The translations under genes and the position numbers were made by a program. From Octopus sinensis (lineage: Eukaryota), in assembly GCF_006345805.1 (NCBI RefSeq), contig NC_043011.1, positions 2,232,001-2,296,000 of the forward strand: a stretch of 64,000 nt of DNA, in the 5' to 3' direction. The notes beneath the pieces were generated by a model. That model was not told where the DNA came from and searched no databases. It saw only the letters and a program-made list of their open reading frames with translations. Below, piece after piece: positions 12,340-22,976 of the stretch (its first letter is position 1; every line of letters starts with the position of its first letter).

Positions 12340-12700
12340 GTTAAACACACCATTCGAGCATGATCGTTACCGCGTCGCCTTACTAGTACTTGTGCAGGCG
12401 GCATGAGAAACATTCAAGCGAGGATGTCGCCAGTGCTGTTGGACTGGCTCCTGTGTAGGTGGCACGTAAAAAGCACCATTTGGATGAGGCCATTGCCAAT
12501 ACCACGAAACTGGCCCTCGTGCTGGTTGCATGTAAAAGCACCCACTATACTCTCGGAGTGGTTGGCATTAGAAAGGGCATCCAGCTGTAGAAACTCTGCC
12601 AGATCAGATTGGAGTCTGGTTCGCCAGACCTCAGTCAAATCGTCCAACCCATGCTAGCATGGAAAGCGGATGTTAAATGATGATGATGATGATAATGATG
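12340..12700 (+). mobile_element. SINE-like repeat family B
   Basis: Same 3' end as 905-1227, with a (gat)n tail and ggtggcacgtaaaaagcacc internal motifs. Confidence 0.8.
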
Positions 12701-12834
12701 ATTTTAAGACTGTAAGGTGTAAAATGGTTACTGATTTGATAGTTATTTCTAGCCTGGCAACTAATCATCAAGAGAGCCTTTGGTTTGCCTGCCTCATTTG
12801 TTTTTATAATTTCATAGTTAACTGTTCGTATATC

Positions 12835-12975
12835 TACTAGGAGTAACCCAAAAGAATATGAAATTTTGAAATATTATTTTATTCACCTAGTTTTACATGT
12901 TTACACTTTTATCACCTTTAAAAGTATTCTCCGTCTGAAGCAATTACATGCATGCCACATTTCCTTAGCATTTTC
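12835..12975 (-). mobile_element. Tc1/mariner remnant (transposase C-terminus and TIR)
   Basis: The minus strand reads WHAC-IASDGEYF(x)GDK across frameshifts (mariner C-terminal G.YFEGD motif), followed by a TIR-like end (plus: tactaggagtaacccaaaagaatatgaaa). Confidence 0.6.
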
Positions 12976-13816
12976 ACACAGAAGGAACACACACCATGCC
13001 ACACTTCCAGCCAGCTACTCTCCTCTATAAGAGCTTGCCACAGTCATCTTAAAAATATAGAAATAAGTTATAAATGACTCAGGTGCACCCAGCACCTCTC
13101 TAACTGTTTTCTTCAACCTACACAACTACACCACAAACACTGTATGATTCTCATAACTTTCATTTCTGAGAAAGACATTGTATGATCTTTTTATCTATTT
13201 ACATGTATTTCACACAATTTTGCACATATGGACAATGTTTTATTCGCTTTCATTTTGTTACATGCCATTTGGCTTTTGTATTCCAATATTTGCTTGTTTG
13301 CTGTATTGCCAGTTAGTTTTTAAAATTTAGAGTTTACTGATGTCTACATGCACTATTCTCTTTTCATGTAAATTCTCTTTTTATTTAGTTGTGTCTGAGG
13401 CGAGTCATATTGCCTTAATATATTTAACACACCCACCAGTTCAATTTCCACTCATTTTTTTTTGGCTTTGTCTTTTATTGTCTTTTTTGTCTTTTTCTTG
13501 TCTATGTTTTTGTTTTTTCTTTTACGTTTCATGGAAAGAAGTGGGAGGAAGCTACTTGTAGAAATAATTCAAAACCAAATTACTAGGCAGCTGATCAAAC
13601 ATCATGAGCAAAGCTCAGTAGTTTTGATTGGTCTCTTAAGCAGTCAGTTAGCATCAAGCCATTGTGTGATTTAGTTTTCTAGAATTTTCTCTTCGTGCCC
13701 TATATAAGAGCCACTTTTGGCTCCTAAACTCTTTGTACAGTGTTGAGACTGGTTGACTCATTCATCATCTTACTTTTGCCGGGCAGAGTGTTGGAAGGCA
13801 GCTGAGTGAAACGTAC

Positions 13817-13988
13817 CTCCATACTTGCCAGGGTCATCTGTGAAGACATCTCCAAGTTCTTGGAAAGACCAAACTAAATATTCACACAATAGCTCATAAT
13901 TGACTGTTTTGAATGCAGCACAGTTTTTCCATCTCTCCCAGTCTGTAATTACTGGTGTTATTTGTAAAATACCAACACAATTGAAATT
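13817..13988 (-). CDS. Candidate internal exon of an unidentified gene
   Basis: T-rich acceptor (ttttattattttattattgcacacag), donor GAG|gtacgt, 172 nt open in one frame only: NFNCVGILQITPVITDWERWKNCAAFKTVNYELLCEYLVWSFQELGDVFTDDPGKYG. No family recognised. Confidence 0.3.
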
Positions 13989-15305
13989 CTGTGTGCAATA
14001 ATAAAATAATAAAATTGCTTGTGAGTGTTGTTAGATACTTCTGCACACAGCCTGAGAAATATATTTTCATTCACTTACTCAACAGCTACCATAGCAACAT
14101 TTGATGAAAGGCCCAACACCACTTATGAAAATCTTATTGTTTGCTTTATTTCATAGAATACAATATATGACATAATTTATAATATTAGAAATATTCAAAA
14201 CAATCATTTGCTTTATTTGAATTGTGCATCACTTAAAGTATTTCAGATAAACTGAACAAACCACTTTCTTGTTAAGATGTTCAAAATACCCATTTAGCTG
14301 TTGTGCTACCTTGAGATTTTAATGTCACAAGTGGCAGTACTTAAAAAGAGATATTCAAATATCAGGATGGTATACTTGTGTTCCCGACTACCACTACACA
14401 AAGAAAAAGAATGCAAGTCCTATTTACCAGGTTGTCTTCTATTTTTAAATAATAAGAAATAAAAGAGATTGATTTATTTTCATAATAGATAAAGAAGTCA
14501 ATAAATAAATAAATAAATAACTATGTATTGTTTTCCAATACCCTTATTCCCTTTAGTTTCTAAACAATGTTGATTAATTTTACTATCTCGCTATGCATTC
14601 CTAACTACTTTATGAGTATTATGGACACATTGTTTAAAATACTTCCATTTCAATTAAGATAAAATTTCTTTTGATTATTTATCTATTTTATTAAAAGCAA
14701 TCAACAAATAATCAATAAATAGACAAGAAAATAAGGAACTGGTTTACATTTAGATCATATATCTCAACAGAGAGACACAAGGGTGTTTGTTTTTTCCTTA
14801 ATCAATAACAATTGAAATCATTGTCACCACCACCACCACCACCACCACCACCATCATGATTTAACATCTGTTTTCCTGAAATTTATCAAATATTTTATCA
14901 TTTAGAAGACAATTCTTTCATTGCTAAACCAAAATAAACCATTTACCTTTTACGTTTGTTTTTATTAATTCTCTCAAATCACTGGATGTAAAATTCATTA
15001 TGAAATTTTCTTCTTCAGATTTCTTTCTGTATTATTTCTTTGTAAATGTTTGTGAAGTTGAACTAGAAAACTTTTAATTTTAATTCTCTAATATTAAGAA
15101 AAACTCTACAATTATGAAAATTGATAAAGCTTTGTTTATTTGAAACATTCATGAATGCCATTTGCAAACAATTTTTTTAGACCGTAATTTTAGAGAAAAT
15201 ATATGAAGCCAATTCTCTAAAATCTTTCATGGAACCACTAAGAAACTTGATTCAATTTAACATTAATATTACATGTACTGTGTGGAGTTGTTCTTTTCTA
15301 TTCAA

Positions 15306-15419
15306 GAGCCTTTCTGTTTTAATCCAAGAAAATTAAGTATCATAACCTATAAAATTGAAAATGATACCCCAAAACATGACAGCTGAGAGGAAGTTTTAGT
15401 GCAAAGATATGAGATGCAC
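15306..15419 (+). repeat. Left arm of a perfect 114-bp inverted repeat
   Basis: Exact reverse complement of 16813-16926, checked base by base. Not homologous to any repeat family in the window. Confidence 0.95.
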
Positions 15420-15696
15420 ACATATATATATATACACATATATACATACATATACATATATATATATTCACCTATATGTCTGTCTATACATACAAATATA
15501 CAAAAAGTAGTAATAGTCCTTCAATATGTTGACTTTCCAAAGTGAAAGAATCAACAGTGAAAATGGCAGATACATGTGTTAAAGCAAGCTTTATATACAT
15601 ATATGTGTATATATATATATGTGTGTATATATATATATGTATATATATATAGTGTATATATATGTATGTGTGAGTGTGTATATATATATATATATA

Positions 15697-15830
15697 GGAA
15701 GGGCATTCAGCTGTAGAAACCTTGCCAGATCAGATTGGAGCCTGGTGCAGCCTTCTGGCTTGCCAGTCCTCAGTCAAACCGTCCAACCAATGACAACATG
15801 GAAAGCGGATGCTTAACGATGACAGTGATG
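15697..15830 (+). mobile_element. SINE family B, 5'-truncated
   Basis: ggaagggcattcagctgtagaaacc...ccgtccaaccaatgacaacatggaaagcggatgcttaacgatga. Confidence 0.8.
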
Positions 15831-15882
<52 letters not shown>

Positions 15883-15893
15883 ATATATATATA

Positions 15894-15926
<33 letters not shown>

Positions 15927-16812
15927 ATATCTTGTTAAATGCTTAATGGATTCACTGGAGTCTTTGAGTAGTAGAAATGTTGATCTGCTTTTTTTTTATT
16001 GTGTTCCCTCCTAAAACATGTTTAATGTAAAATAACATGTCTCTCTGTTATGTGCGGACTTTTATGCCATTTGTTGTATTTACAAGCCTAGTTTTATTCT
16101 AAGAATTGGCCTTAGCTGGGATCTTGTTATTGTTTTGAGTATAATAGAAATATAAAAATAAAATAAATAGTGGTACTTTTTGTATTTAAGTATGAATACT
16201 AGTATTTACCAATTCTAAAGAGCCGAGGGACTGTTTGATAATGCTAAATAAGTAATTTGGTTTCTGCTAACTTTAAATTTGATAGAATTGGAATATTATT
16301 TTGAAACATCGAAATTATAGGGCACTAGAAAAAAAAGGAAAAAAAAAATTTCAACAAAAAATTAATTTTTATAATTAACTTTTTACAAATTTAAAATAAA
16401 TACATCCTTTATTTGATTTTTTTTTGCTCAGTTTTTGTTTGATTTAACTTCCTAATTAAGATTAATCAAGCCTGGATTTTGCTTGTAGCCATGAAATGAA
16501 ATAGAATCACTAGAATTGAAAGAAACTAGTTGAGGTCTGTGTCAAGACATGATTAAAAAGCATGAGAAAAAGTTTCTCTTAGTTTTGGCAGGGGTTGTCA
16601 TCAAAGAGTTGCTCTTCAATGAAGCATTCACTAAGTCTAAGATATTTCTTTTCATGGCATACTAACATACCTTACATCTTTTTTTTTTTTTTTACAATTA
16701 TTTTTATCTTTTAATAACTGTCACCACTTAGTTTCCATGTTTTTTCCTTCAGGCATTGACTTACAGTTTCTCAGATTTCTTTGAATAGTTTATTGTATTT
16801 ATGAACTTGTAA

Positions 16813-16926
16813 GTGCATCTCATATCTTTGCACTAAAACTTCCTCTCAGCTGTCATGTTTTGGGGTATCATTTTCAATTTTATAGGTTATGATACTTAAT
16901 TTTCTTGGATTAAAACAGAAAGGCTC
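16813..16926 (-). repeat. Right arm of the perfect 114-bp inverted repeat
   Basis: gtgcatctcatatc...cagaaaggctc is the reverse complement of 15306-15419. Spacer is 1393 bp. Confidence 0.95.
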
Positions 16927-17788
16927 ATATCATTGAATAAAATATGTTGCTGTGTAACGGGAAATTATTTCGGGTAGTTATTTGTGATTTATGCTACTCA
17001 GAAAAATGTTCAGACTCCTATAATTTTTCAATGACATGAATAAATATTGATTTTTAGCTTTGACATAAGGGCCCAATTGTGTAGAGAAGGAATAAATCAT
17101 CTAAAGTGATTCCAGTGTATTGATGCTATTTATTTTGATGATCCTGAAATTACGAAAAGGAATGTTACCTGTAGCATGATTTTCTCTTAGAGATATAATT
17201 AATTACTACAAAGCCTTTAGTTCACCATTTTCTCATTTCTGCTACTGCCTCTTGCTCTTTGCCATTCCTGCTTTCTACTGTTCTTTATTTCATTGATAAC
17301 TATAATAGTTTCTGAGTAGAGCTGGCTGGTCCCAAGCCATTTCTGCTCAAATTCTCCCAATTTGCTTGCCTATCCTGCTTTCATCACCTATGTTGTGTCT
17401 GACCTCTGCATGCAGTCCTTTCTCCTCAACATATCAGCCCTCAGGAATTTCCTTCCTCATACAGAGGTAGATAATGTATCAGTTAAATGCTGGAGTTGAA
17501 ATCATCAACAATATCTTCCCCCACGATTTCTACCCGATGCTTAAATTACAAATCAATGGTATGGCATTAAAAATATTCTGCCTTTGTCCCATTTCCTTTA
17601 TAAGGCCTGGTTTTAGTTAAAAGATATCAAGGAAAATTGGAAAACAATTCTGTAAGGAACATTATTTACATTTGATGGATATTTGTCCTCATCTTGTTTG
17701 TTGTTAACAGAACATTTCAGCTTTCATCAGGTGTCTTGGAGAAATTTCGAACATAGGTTCTCATTCCTAAGTTATTTTTTTGATGTTG

Positions 17789-17819
<31 letters not shown>

Positions 17820-17927
17820 TATTCAGATCACTGTCTGGAATCAAACTCGGAATTTTGGGGTTAGTAGACTGCACTCTTAACCACTATGCCATATGCTCAT
17901 GGGCAATTATGGAGTGAATTTTAGGGC

Positions 17928-18356
17928 TTATAAATCTAAAATTTTCCTGTCCTTCCTTAATACTGGTTCCCATATGCTATTCATATCTGCACTCAGTCTG
18001 ATTAGGAGGTTGTTGTGTCCTAGCGTATGTGCTGCTTCTTTTAGTTTTCGTATTTTCCAATGATGTTCTCTGTCTATTATTTTAACTTCATCCCACAGGA
18101 GGAGGTTGTCTCCATTTTTCCATACATGATCAGCTATACTCGATTTATTAATATCCCCTTGTGTCACAGCTTTGTGATGTCTGTCAACCCTTATTTTGAT
18201 GGGGGAGCATGTTTTGCCTTTGTATAACCTACAACAGCTGCATGGGATGGAGTACACACAGTCTTTGGTCATATTCTCTTTATTGGTGGTTTTACTGGAA
18301 GGAGATATTTGTGAAGTGTTGTATTACTCCTGAATACTGTCCTGATGCCATATGGG
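17928..18356 (-). pseudogene. GIY-YIG endonuclease of a Penelope-like element (5'-truncated)
   Basis: YGIRTVFRSNTTLHKYLLPVKPPIKENMTKDCVYSIPCSCCRLYKGKT...IRVDRHHK...KSSIADHVW...EVKIIDREHHWKIRKLKEA...IWEP. This matches the PLE VYxIPC..YxGxT..R..EH..S.xAEH pattern. The plus copy at 18357-18687 carries stops. Confidence 0.85.
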
Positions 18357-18717
18357 CTGCGTACCCCATCCCATGCAGCTGTGGTAGGTTATACAAAGGC
18401 AAAACATGTTCCCCCATCAAAATAAGGGTTGACAAACATCACAAAGCTGTGACACAAGGAGATATTGATAAATCGGGTATAGCTGATCATGTATGGAAAG
18501 ACGGAGACCACTTCTCTCTGTGAGAGGAAGTTAAAATAATAGACAGAGAACACCATTGGAAAATACGAAAACTAAAAGAAGCAGTACATATGCTAGGACA
18601 CAACAACCTCCTAAGCAGACCGAGTGCAGATATGAATAGCATATGGTAACCAGTATTAAGGAAAGACAGGAAAATATTAGATTTATAAGCCCTAAAATTC
18701 ACTCCATAATTGCCCAC

Positions 18718-18786
18718 GGGTATATGGCATAGCGGCTCGGAGTGTGGTCTACTAACCCCAATATTCCGAGTTTGATTCCAGGTAGC
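18718..18786 (+). other. tRNA-like (Pol III A/B box) block in the PLE 3' region; not a functional tRNA
   Basis: A box tggcatagcgg (18725-18735; tggcatagtggtta in the left copy) and B-box-like gagtttgattcc (18768-18779). No convincing cloverleaf. Confidence 0.55.
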
Positions 18787-18849
18787 AACTTGAATAATAA
18801 CATCGAAAAATAACTTAGGAATGAGAACCCAGGTTCAAAATTTTCCCAA

Positions 18850-18895
18850 GACACCTGATGAAGGCTGGAGGGTATATCAGCCGAAACATCGTGTT
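18850..18895 (+). ncRNA. Type I hammerhead ribozyme (minimal stem III, probably decayed)
   Basis: Stem I GACAC/GUGUU. Core CUGAUGA with an extra A. Stem II GGCUG/CAGCC. GAA. Stem III ACAU (the left copy has AUGU, implying an ancestral palindrome ACGU). C17 at 18890. The left-arm copy (17706-17735, minus) has lost stem II. Confidence 0.7.
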
Positions 18896-19240
18896 AACAA
18901 CAAACAAGATGAGAACAAATATCCGTCAAATGTAAATAATGTAAACAATACTTCATCTCTTAAATATAGAACTGAATTCTGTAAGGAATATGGCATAAAT
19001 CAATGGCAGATAGTGAAAATGATATACTTGTCTACTGTAAGATGATATTGATGTCAGTGATGGTTTTATTTTCCTAACCAGAGAACATTTAAGAAGTAAA
19101 GCAAAATATCAAATGATTTGTAAATGTTATTTTTAGGATTGAAACTACTTGTAACAGTAAACTGTATTTTCTTGTAGTATTTACTGTGAATCACACACAC
19201 ACACACGCACGCATGCATGCACGCACGCATGCACGCACAT

Positions 19241-19280
<40 letters not shown>

Positions 19281-19797
19281 CCCCTCCTTCAAACAAATAT
19301 TCCTGAGAAATTTTCCACTCTGGAAATTTGTTGTGCCCATTTTGAAATAGTTTATCCTCTTGCTGACTGACCGAATTCTTAAGCTCCATGCTTTCTGATA
19401 TTATTGACTTGTCTGATATTATTATGTTTTTGGCATATAAGGACATTGAAGTAGCAGAGTTCTCAGAGCAGTGGATGAAATATTTTCCACTTTATAGATT
19501 CATCTCCGTTACATTCTAAACTCAAATATCACTGAGTGCCATTTCTATTTTATTCCCACTTGCGTTGGAAGACTAGGTACCAGTCATGAACTGGTTTGTT
19601 TTTGTTGAATATATATCCGTCCTATCTAAAACATAAACTCTGATAATGTTAGTCATTATGCTCCTATTCCATTTGCTTTAGGTTGTATAGTATTAAAAAT
19701 GAAGTAAATATCTTAAATTCTATTTTTTAATGGTATTTCTTGAATCTGGTATCATTTGGTTGTTTTGTTTTCCTATTTTCAACAAATATCACATTAC

Positions 19798-19857
19798 CTG
19801 CTGAATTATGAGTCCCAAATTAGATTTCCTTGTTTGAGATGTTGCATTATAGTTCTT
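19798..19857 (-). CDS. Candidate 60-nt exon of an unidentified gene
   Basis: Strong acceptor tctttcttttttcag and donor CAG|gtaatg. Only frame 0 is open (KNYNATSQTRKSNLGLIIQQ); phase-compatible with 13817-13988. Confidence 0.3.
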
Positions 19858-21235
19858 CTGAAAAAAGAAAGATGTTTGTAACATCTAGCTGCCAAAGTCT
19901 CCATCCATTTTAACACACTTCTTTACTACAAGGTTTTATATTTTACAACTCAATTCTCTCATTTGTTTCTCTGTAGATAGTTGGAACAAATGCCTAAATT
20001 ACATTTAAAAATATAAAGGGTAGTAAAAACATTTTTAGAAATAAACATTGAAGTGCCAAATGAGTTGGTATTTTATAAGTGAAGGAAACCTTGAAACTGG
20101 AGAGTAGCTGTGAAAGCAACTTAGAGGATTAAGTAAAATACCCTTGACTTCAAATAACTTCCTGCTTGACTTCCTCCACATCACTGGTATTTAAATCACT
20201 GCATGTCATTTTAAAAATAAAAGCCATACAACATGTAACTGCCCTGTTTCCAGTTGTGTCTCATAAAAATGAGATTTATATTCTGTAAAATACAAAATAT
20301 TTCCCATACAATAATTGCTTCTAAAAATTAATTTTCAGTAAGCTTGCTGGTTATTTGCTATATGAGTGTTTGAAAAGATGCCTGATATTCAATATATCAG
20401 TTTACTGAGATTTGACTGGCATGCAGTGGCATGACACTTCCCACTGGTAGTTTCCGGTAGAACGAAATTATGTGATACAGCACCCATGACAGACGATTCT
20501 CTTCAGCTATGATCTATGAGCACGTTATTATACACCAAATGGTTATATAAGAGGATTACTCAAAGGTAATAACATGGTTGTCAGTGTTCTAACAAGACAT
20601 TTGTATTCAACTGACCATGAAGATTACCATTTAGTAGGAATACTGCTTCCGTCTCTGATAATTAATTGTTTCTAATTTAGGCACAAAGCCAGCAATTTGA
20701 AGGAAGGAATGTTAATCAAGTACATTAGTTTCAGTACTTGACTGATATCTTATTTTAGAGGCCGTGAAAAGATGAAAAACAAGGTTGACTTTGGTAGAAT
20801 TTGAACACAGAATGTAAAAAGCTGGAAGAAATATCAAAAGGCATTTATTCTGATGTTCTAAGGATTCTGACAGTTATTATACTAAAAACTCAATTGGTCT
20901 CATTGCAAAAGTACACATGCTACTACAAAACGAAAGACAGTTTTGAAATCAGCATAAAAGATGCTTTCTGGTCAATTTGTTGACAAGTGTTGGCAGTGAA
21001 AGTTAAAAGTTGTTTGATGTCATCTCTGAATTGTCATTGGAATTCTAAATGGTCCTCTGTTGCTCATTTCCTCATATATATAAAAACAGTTATCTAAATG
21101 TCAATAGAAACAAAAAAAATCTGATGCACTTCACATCGACAATGATGGAAAAGGAATTAACATGTTTTGGCATGGTGTGAACTTTATATATGTATATGTA
21201 AGATACTTTTCCATGTAAAAGAGGCTTTAAGAAAT

Positions 21236-21280
<45 letters not shown>

Positions 21281-21281
<1 letters not shown>

Positions 21282-21642
21282 GGCGTAGGAGTGGGTGTGT
21301 GGTAAGTAGCTTGTTTACCAATCACATGGTTCTGGGTTCAGTCCCACTGCGTGGCACCTTGGGCAAGTGTCATCTACTATAGCCTCGGGCCGACCAAAGC
21401 CTTGTGAGTGGATTTGGTAGACGCATGTGTGTTTGTGTGTCTGTGTTTGTCCGACTAGCATTGCTTGACAACCGATGCTGGTGTGTTTAAGTCCCCATTA
21501 CTTAGCGGTTCGGCAAATGAGACCGGTAGAATAAGTACTGGGCTTACAAAAGAATAAGTCCCGGGGTCGAGTTGCTCGATTAAAGGCGGTGCTCCAGCAT
21601 GGCCGCAGTCAAATGACTGAAACAAGTAAAAGAGTAAAAGAG

Positions 21643-21643
<1 letters not shown>
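21281..21643 (+). mobile_element. SINE family A
   Basis: Full head and tail, with a small internal deletion after gatttggtagacg. Confidence 0.9.
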
Positions 21644-21682
<39 letters not shown>

Positions 21683-22182
21683 TGAGAGAGAGAGAGAGAC
21701 ATGCACACATATATTTATAGTAAATTAAGTACAAAACTAATCAATCGATCACAACAAAAGTCTAAGGCTGTTCAATGAAGGTAAAAATCTATAGAGTAAA
21801 AGTAAAATATTTTGAAATGTGTGGTAGTTACTTTCAGTAAGGCAGTGACTGGATGGTCAGATAAGTGCAGAGATGATTATAATCTGTTAGAGATTGAATT
21901 TCAGAGTTGGTAAGAAATCAAGTGTGTTGAAGAGTCTATGTATCACTTCTCCTGTGTAGGGGATGAAACTACTTACTTTAGAAAGTTGAAGACTGCAAGA
22001 TATTATATTTCTCTGCCAGTAGCATCGGTATGAGATGAATATGAGAGTCCTTGGTGTGTGTGTGTGTGTGGGGGGGTAACTGACAAGGGTAAGTGAAAAG
22101 GGGTCAGTGGCAGGGAGAGGGAAACCTGCATACACGCAGATCTCCCATTTCAGAGTGAAGTTTAAAATGACCAATAAAATAG

Positions 22183-22477
22183 GGATCTTTTTGGTTTGAA
22201 CGGCAGTTTTTTCTAGCGTTGTCATATGAAATTGTCACCCATAATTATGACCCTAGTATCGATCTATTGCATTTCAATCTGTCTTAGGGTTAGGGTTAGT
22301 TAGGGTTAAGGTTAGGATTAGGGGTGGGGGGAAGGGTATCTTTTTTTCTTCAGAAATGTAAATCTGTTTCTTAAACGAGGGAATATTCATACGGCACAGA
22401 ATGTTTACACCTCAATAGACGGTCATTGATTGGTTGAAATTGCAGAAATTGAAGAAAAAACAACAACAAATATCTCC
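22183..22477 (+). mobile_element. Merlin-like MITE, 3'-truncated, with internal (TTAGGG)n
   Basis: Same left TIR and body as 41170-41585. ttagggttagggttagttaggg lies at about 22284-22322. Confidence 0.75.
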
Positions 22478-22575
22478 ATAAAGGTATTCATTTGTCAGAT
22501 AATGTTACCATTTCACATTTAGGGCCATTTGTAACATCCTTTGTAGCACCCATTTCGCCCATTTGATAATTTCTT

Positions 22576-22976
22576 AGGCGCAGGAGTGGCTGTGTGGTAA
22601 GTAGCTTGCTAACCAACCACATGGTTCCGGGTTCAGTCCCACTGCATGGCATCTTGGGCAAGTGTCTTCTGCTATAGCCCCGGGCCGACCAAAGTGGATT
22701 TGGTAGACGGAAACTGAAAGAAGCCTGTCGTATATATGTATATATATATAAGTGTGTGTGTGTATGTTTGTGTGTCTGTGTTTGTCCCCCTAGCATTGCT
22801 TGACAACCGATGCTGGTGTGTTTACATCCCCGTCACTTAGCGGTTCGGCAAAAGAGACCAATAAAATAAGTACTGGGCTTACAAAGAATAAGCCCCGGGG
22901 TCGATTTGCTCGACTAAAGGCGGTGCTCCAGCATGGCCGCAGTCTAATGACTGAAACAAGTAAAAGAGTAAAGAGA
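22576..22976 (+). mobile_element. SINE family A
   Basis: tRNA-like head, (TA)n/(TG)n middle, hairpin tail ending gagtaaaga. Confidence 0.9.

Larger units (their letters stand above)
17660..18974. mobile_element. Penelope-like element inserted as a head-to-head inverted pair of 3' fragments, 14-bp TSD
   Basis: The left copy (17660-18356, minus) and right copy (18357-18974, plus) share GIY-YIG coding sequence, a tRNA-like block and a hammerhead region. TSD aattctgtaaggaa at 17646-17659 and 18975-18988. Confidence 0.9.

Noticed and set aside
13140-13290. piggyBac Cys-rich C-terminus on minus
   Set aside because: Only a partial Cys pattern across frameshifts, and no TIR or TTAA pair found.
13817-19857. 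Tetraspanin assignment for the joined candidate exons (...IIQQ|NFNCVG...DW)
   Set aside because: The invariant CCG reads CVG, the spacing to DW is wrong, and there is no downstream PxSC motif.
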